Shown here piece after piece: positions 62,956 through 64,000 of a stretch of 64,000 nucleotides of DNA; the first letter of the stretch is position 1, and every line of letters begins with the position of its first letter. The stretch comes from Chryseobacterium sp. (GTDB taxonomy: Bacteria; Bacteroidota; Bacteroidia; Flavobacteriales; Weeksellaceae). Location of the stretch: assembly GCF_031286615.1 (NCBI RefSeq), contig NZ_JAITUA010000008.1. One strand, written 5' to 3'. The position numbers and the translations under genes are program-made. Below the pieces are notes generated by a model. The model saw nothing but the letters and a program-made list of their open reading frames with translations, made no database searches and was not told the origin of the DNA.

Positions 62956-63903
62956 TTATGCTATGCTGCTGTCTATTGCCTGATTGTTCCAGGAAATATG
63001 CTGTACGTTTTTGTTTGTATCAAAATAAAAATCTATTCTACCCAAAAGGAGACCTGCCCATCCTACCTGATTGACAAGAACGTTTTTGCCCTGTCTGTTG
63101 GTATAAGATTGAGGTTCCGGTAAAAATGTATGAGTATGGCCTCCCAGAATAATATCAATATTTTCTGTACTGGCCGCTAAAATTTTGTCACTTATTTTAT
63201 TCGGTTCATCTTTATAATCATAACCGATGTGTGAAAGACAAATCACCAGATCACATTTCTGATCTTTTTTCAGATAATTGGAATAATGCTGTGCTACACT
63301 AATAGGATCGGAATATACGGTTTCTCCATACTGCTTTTTACCTACAAGGCCGTCCAGCTGAATTCCCACCCCGAAAATTCCTACTTTGATTCCATTCTTG
63401 TTGAAAATCTTATATGGGGAAGTTTTTCCGTCAAGAATTGTATTTTTAAAATCATAATTGGAACAGATAAAAGGAAACTTCGCATTGGGAAGTACTTTTA
63501 AAAATCCATCAAGACCATTATCAAAATCATGATTTCCCATGGTAGAGGCATCATATTTCATCATGGACATTAATTTAAACTCCAGTTCTCCTCCGAAGAA
63601 ATTGAAATATGGAGTCCCCTGAAAAATATCTCCTGAATCAAGAAGCAGTACATTGCTTTCCTGATTTCTGATCTGCTGAATTAAACTCGCCCTTCTTGCA
63701 AAACCTCCCTGATTCGGGTTTCTTGTATAGCTTGCGTCGAAAGGTTCTATTCTGCTATGCTGGTCATTGGTATGAAGGATAGTCAGTTTATTTGCGGACT
63801 TTAAATCAAGAATTTTCAATTCTTCCGCCATCATCATATTGGGAGCTAAAGCCATTGCCAAAGATCCGCCTCCTATTGCTTTTAAAAAACTTTTTCTATC
63901 CAT
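62956..63903 (-). CDS. metallophosphatase domain of 5'-nucleotidase (UshA-like), Tat signal
   Basis: 'ILHTNDQHS', 'SGDIFQGTP', 'MGNHDFDNG' and 'GGHTHTF'. Confidence 0.85.
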   Translation of the reverse strand: MDRKSFLKAIGGGSLAMALAPNMMMAEELKILDLKSANKLTILHTNDQHSRIEPFDASYTRNPNQGGFARRASLIQQIRNQESNVLLLDSGDIFQGTPYFNFFGGELEFKLMSMMKYDASTMGNHDFDNGLDGFLKVLPNAKFPFICSNYDFKNTILDGKTSPYKIFNKNGIKVGIFGVGIQLDGLVGKKQYGETVYSDPISVAQHYSNYLKKDQKCDLVICLSHIGYDYKDEPNKISDKILAASTENIDIILGGHTHTFLPEPQSYTNRQGKNVLVNQVGWAGLLLGRIDFYFDTNKNVQHISWNNQAIDSSIA

Positions 63904-64000
63904 TACTTCTTCCCGATAAAATTTAAACGAACATCTGAATTTACTGCAACTTCAGGCGTTTTCTTAAAATAATCAATAAACAGATCTCTCATTTTAATTC
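63903..64000 (-). CDS. 3' end of an upstream gene (probable 5'-nucleotidase C-terminal domain protein), partial
   Basis: Minus-strand frame is open to the window edge and ends '...MRDLFIDYFKKTPEVAVNSDVRLNFIGKK*'. The TAATG overlaps the next gene's start. Confidence 0.5.
   Translation of the reverse strand, partial: IKMRDLFIDYFKKTPEVAVNSDVRLNFIGKK

Overview
AT-rich segment, probably from a Bacteroidota/Flavobacteriia chromosome and Chryseobacterium-like. That assignment is an inference from TAnnTTTG-type -7 boxes, a T9SS-type C-terminal sorting domain, and short palindromic intergenic hairpins built from AATGAGTAATGA or GAAGAATCTC words. I call about 58 CDS. From about 41 kb to the end the content is ordinary housekeeping and metabolism: TetR, FKBP, Rrf2, M23 peptidase, gpsA, mqo, GMC oxidoreductase, SDR, a GH63-like glucosidase, recO, a PorZ-like protein and a 5'-nucleotidase. 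The left 40 kb is accessory and strongly RNA-centred. (1) 74-4731 holds a translationally coupled vWA-like/membrane/TPR-like operon that probably continues upstream of the window. (2) 5728-8033 holds a dense array of 16 tRNA or tRNA-like genes, several non-canonical, interleaved with a five-copy conserved hairpin element that I cannot assign to any known family. (3) 8118-16442 follows directly, on the same strand, with 11 genes of RNA end-processing and ligation type: a YkuK RNase H-like protein, two ATP-grasp proteins, a cyclic-phosphate-processing receiver domain, DinB, an Rnl2-type RNA ligase, an MBL hydrolase, a metallophosphoesterase, two DEDDh exonucleases and a degenerate GyrB-like protein. 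(4) 18639-22681 holds a large helical protein plus a SWIM zinc-finger protein. (5) 23674-28775 holds a Ro60/TROVE-vWA gene followed by five or six Y-RNA-like RNAs. At least two carry clearly readable, circularly permuted tRNA-like modules, and three promoters share one 19-mer/N9/-7-box architecture. (6) 34526-40521 holds a Ter stress cluster (HAD, PRTase, TerD, TelA, unknown, TerD, TerC). All RNA calls were folded by eye and need covariance-model confirmation. All protein calls rest on motif recognition, not database searches.
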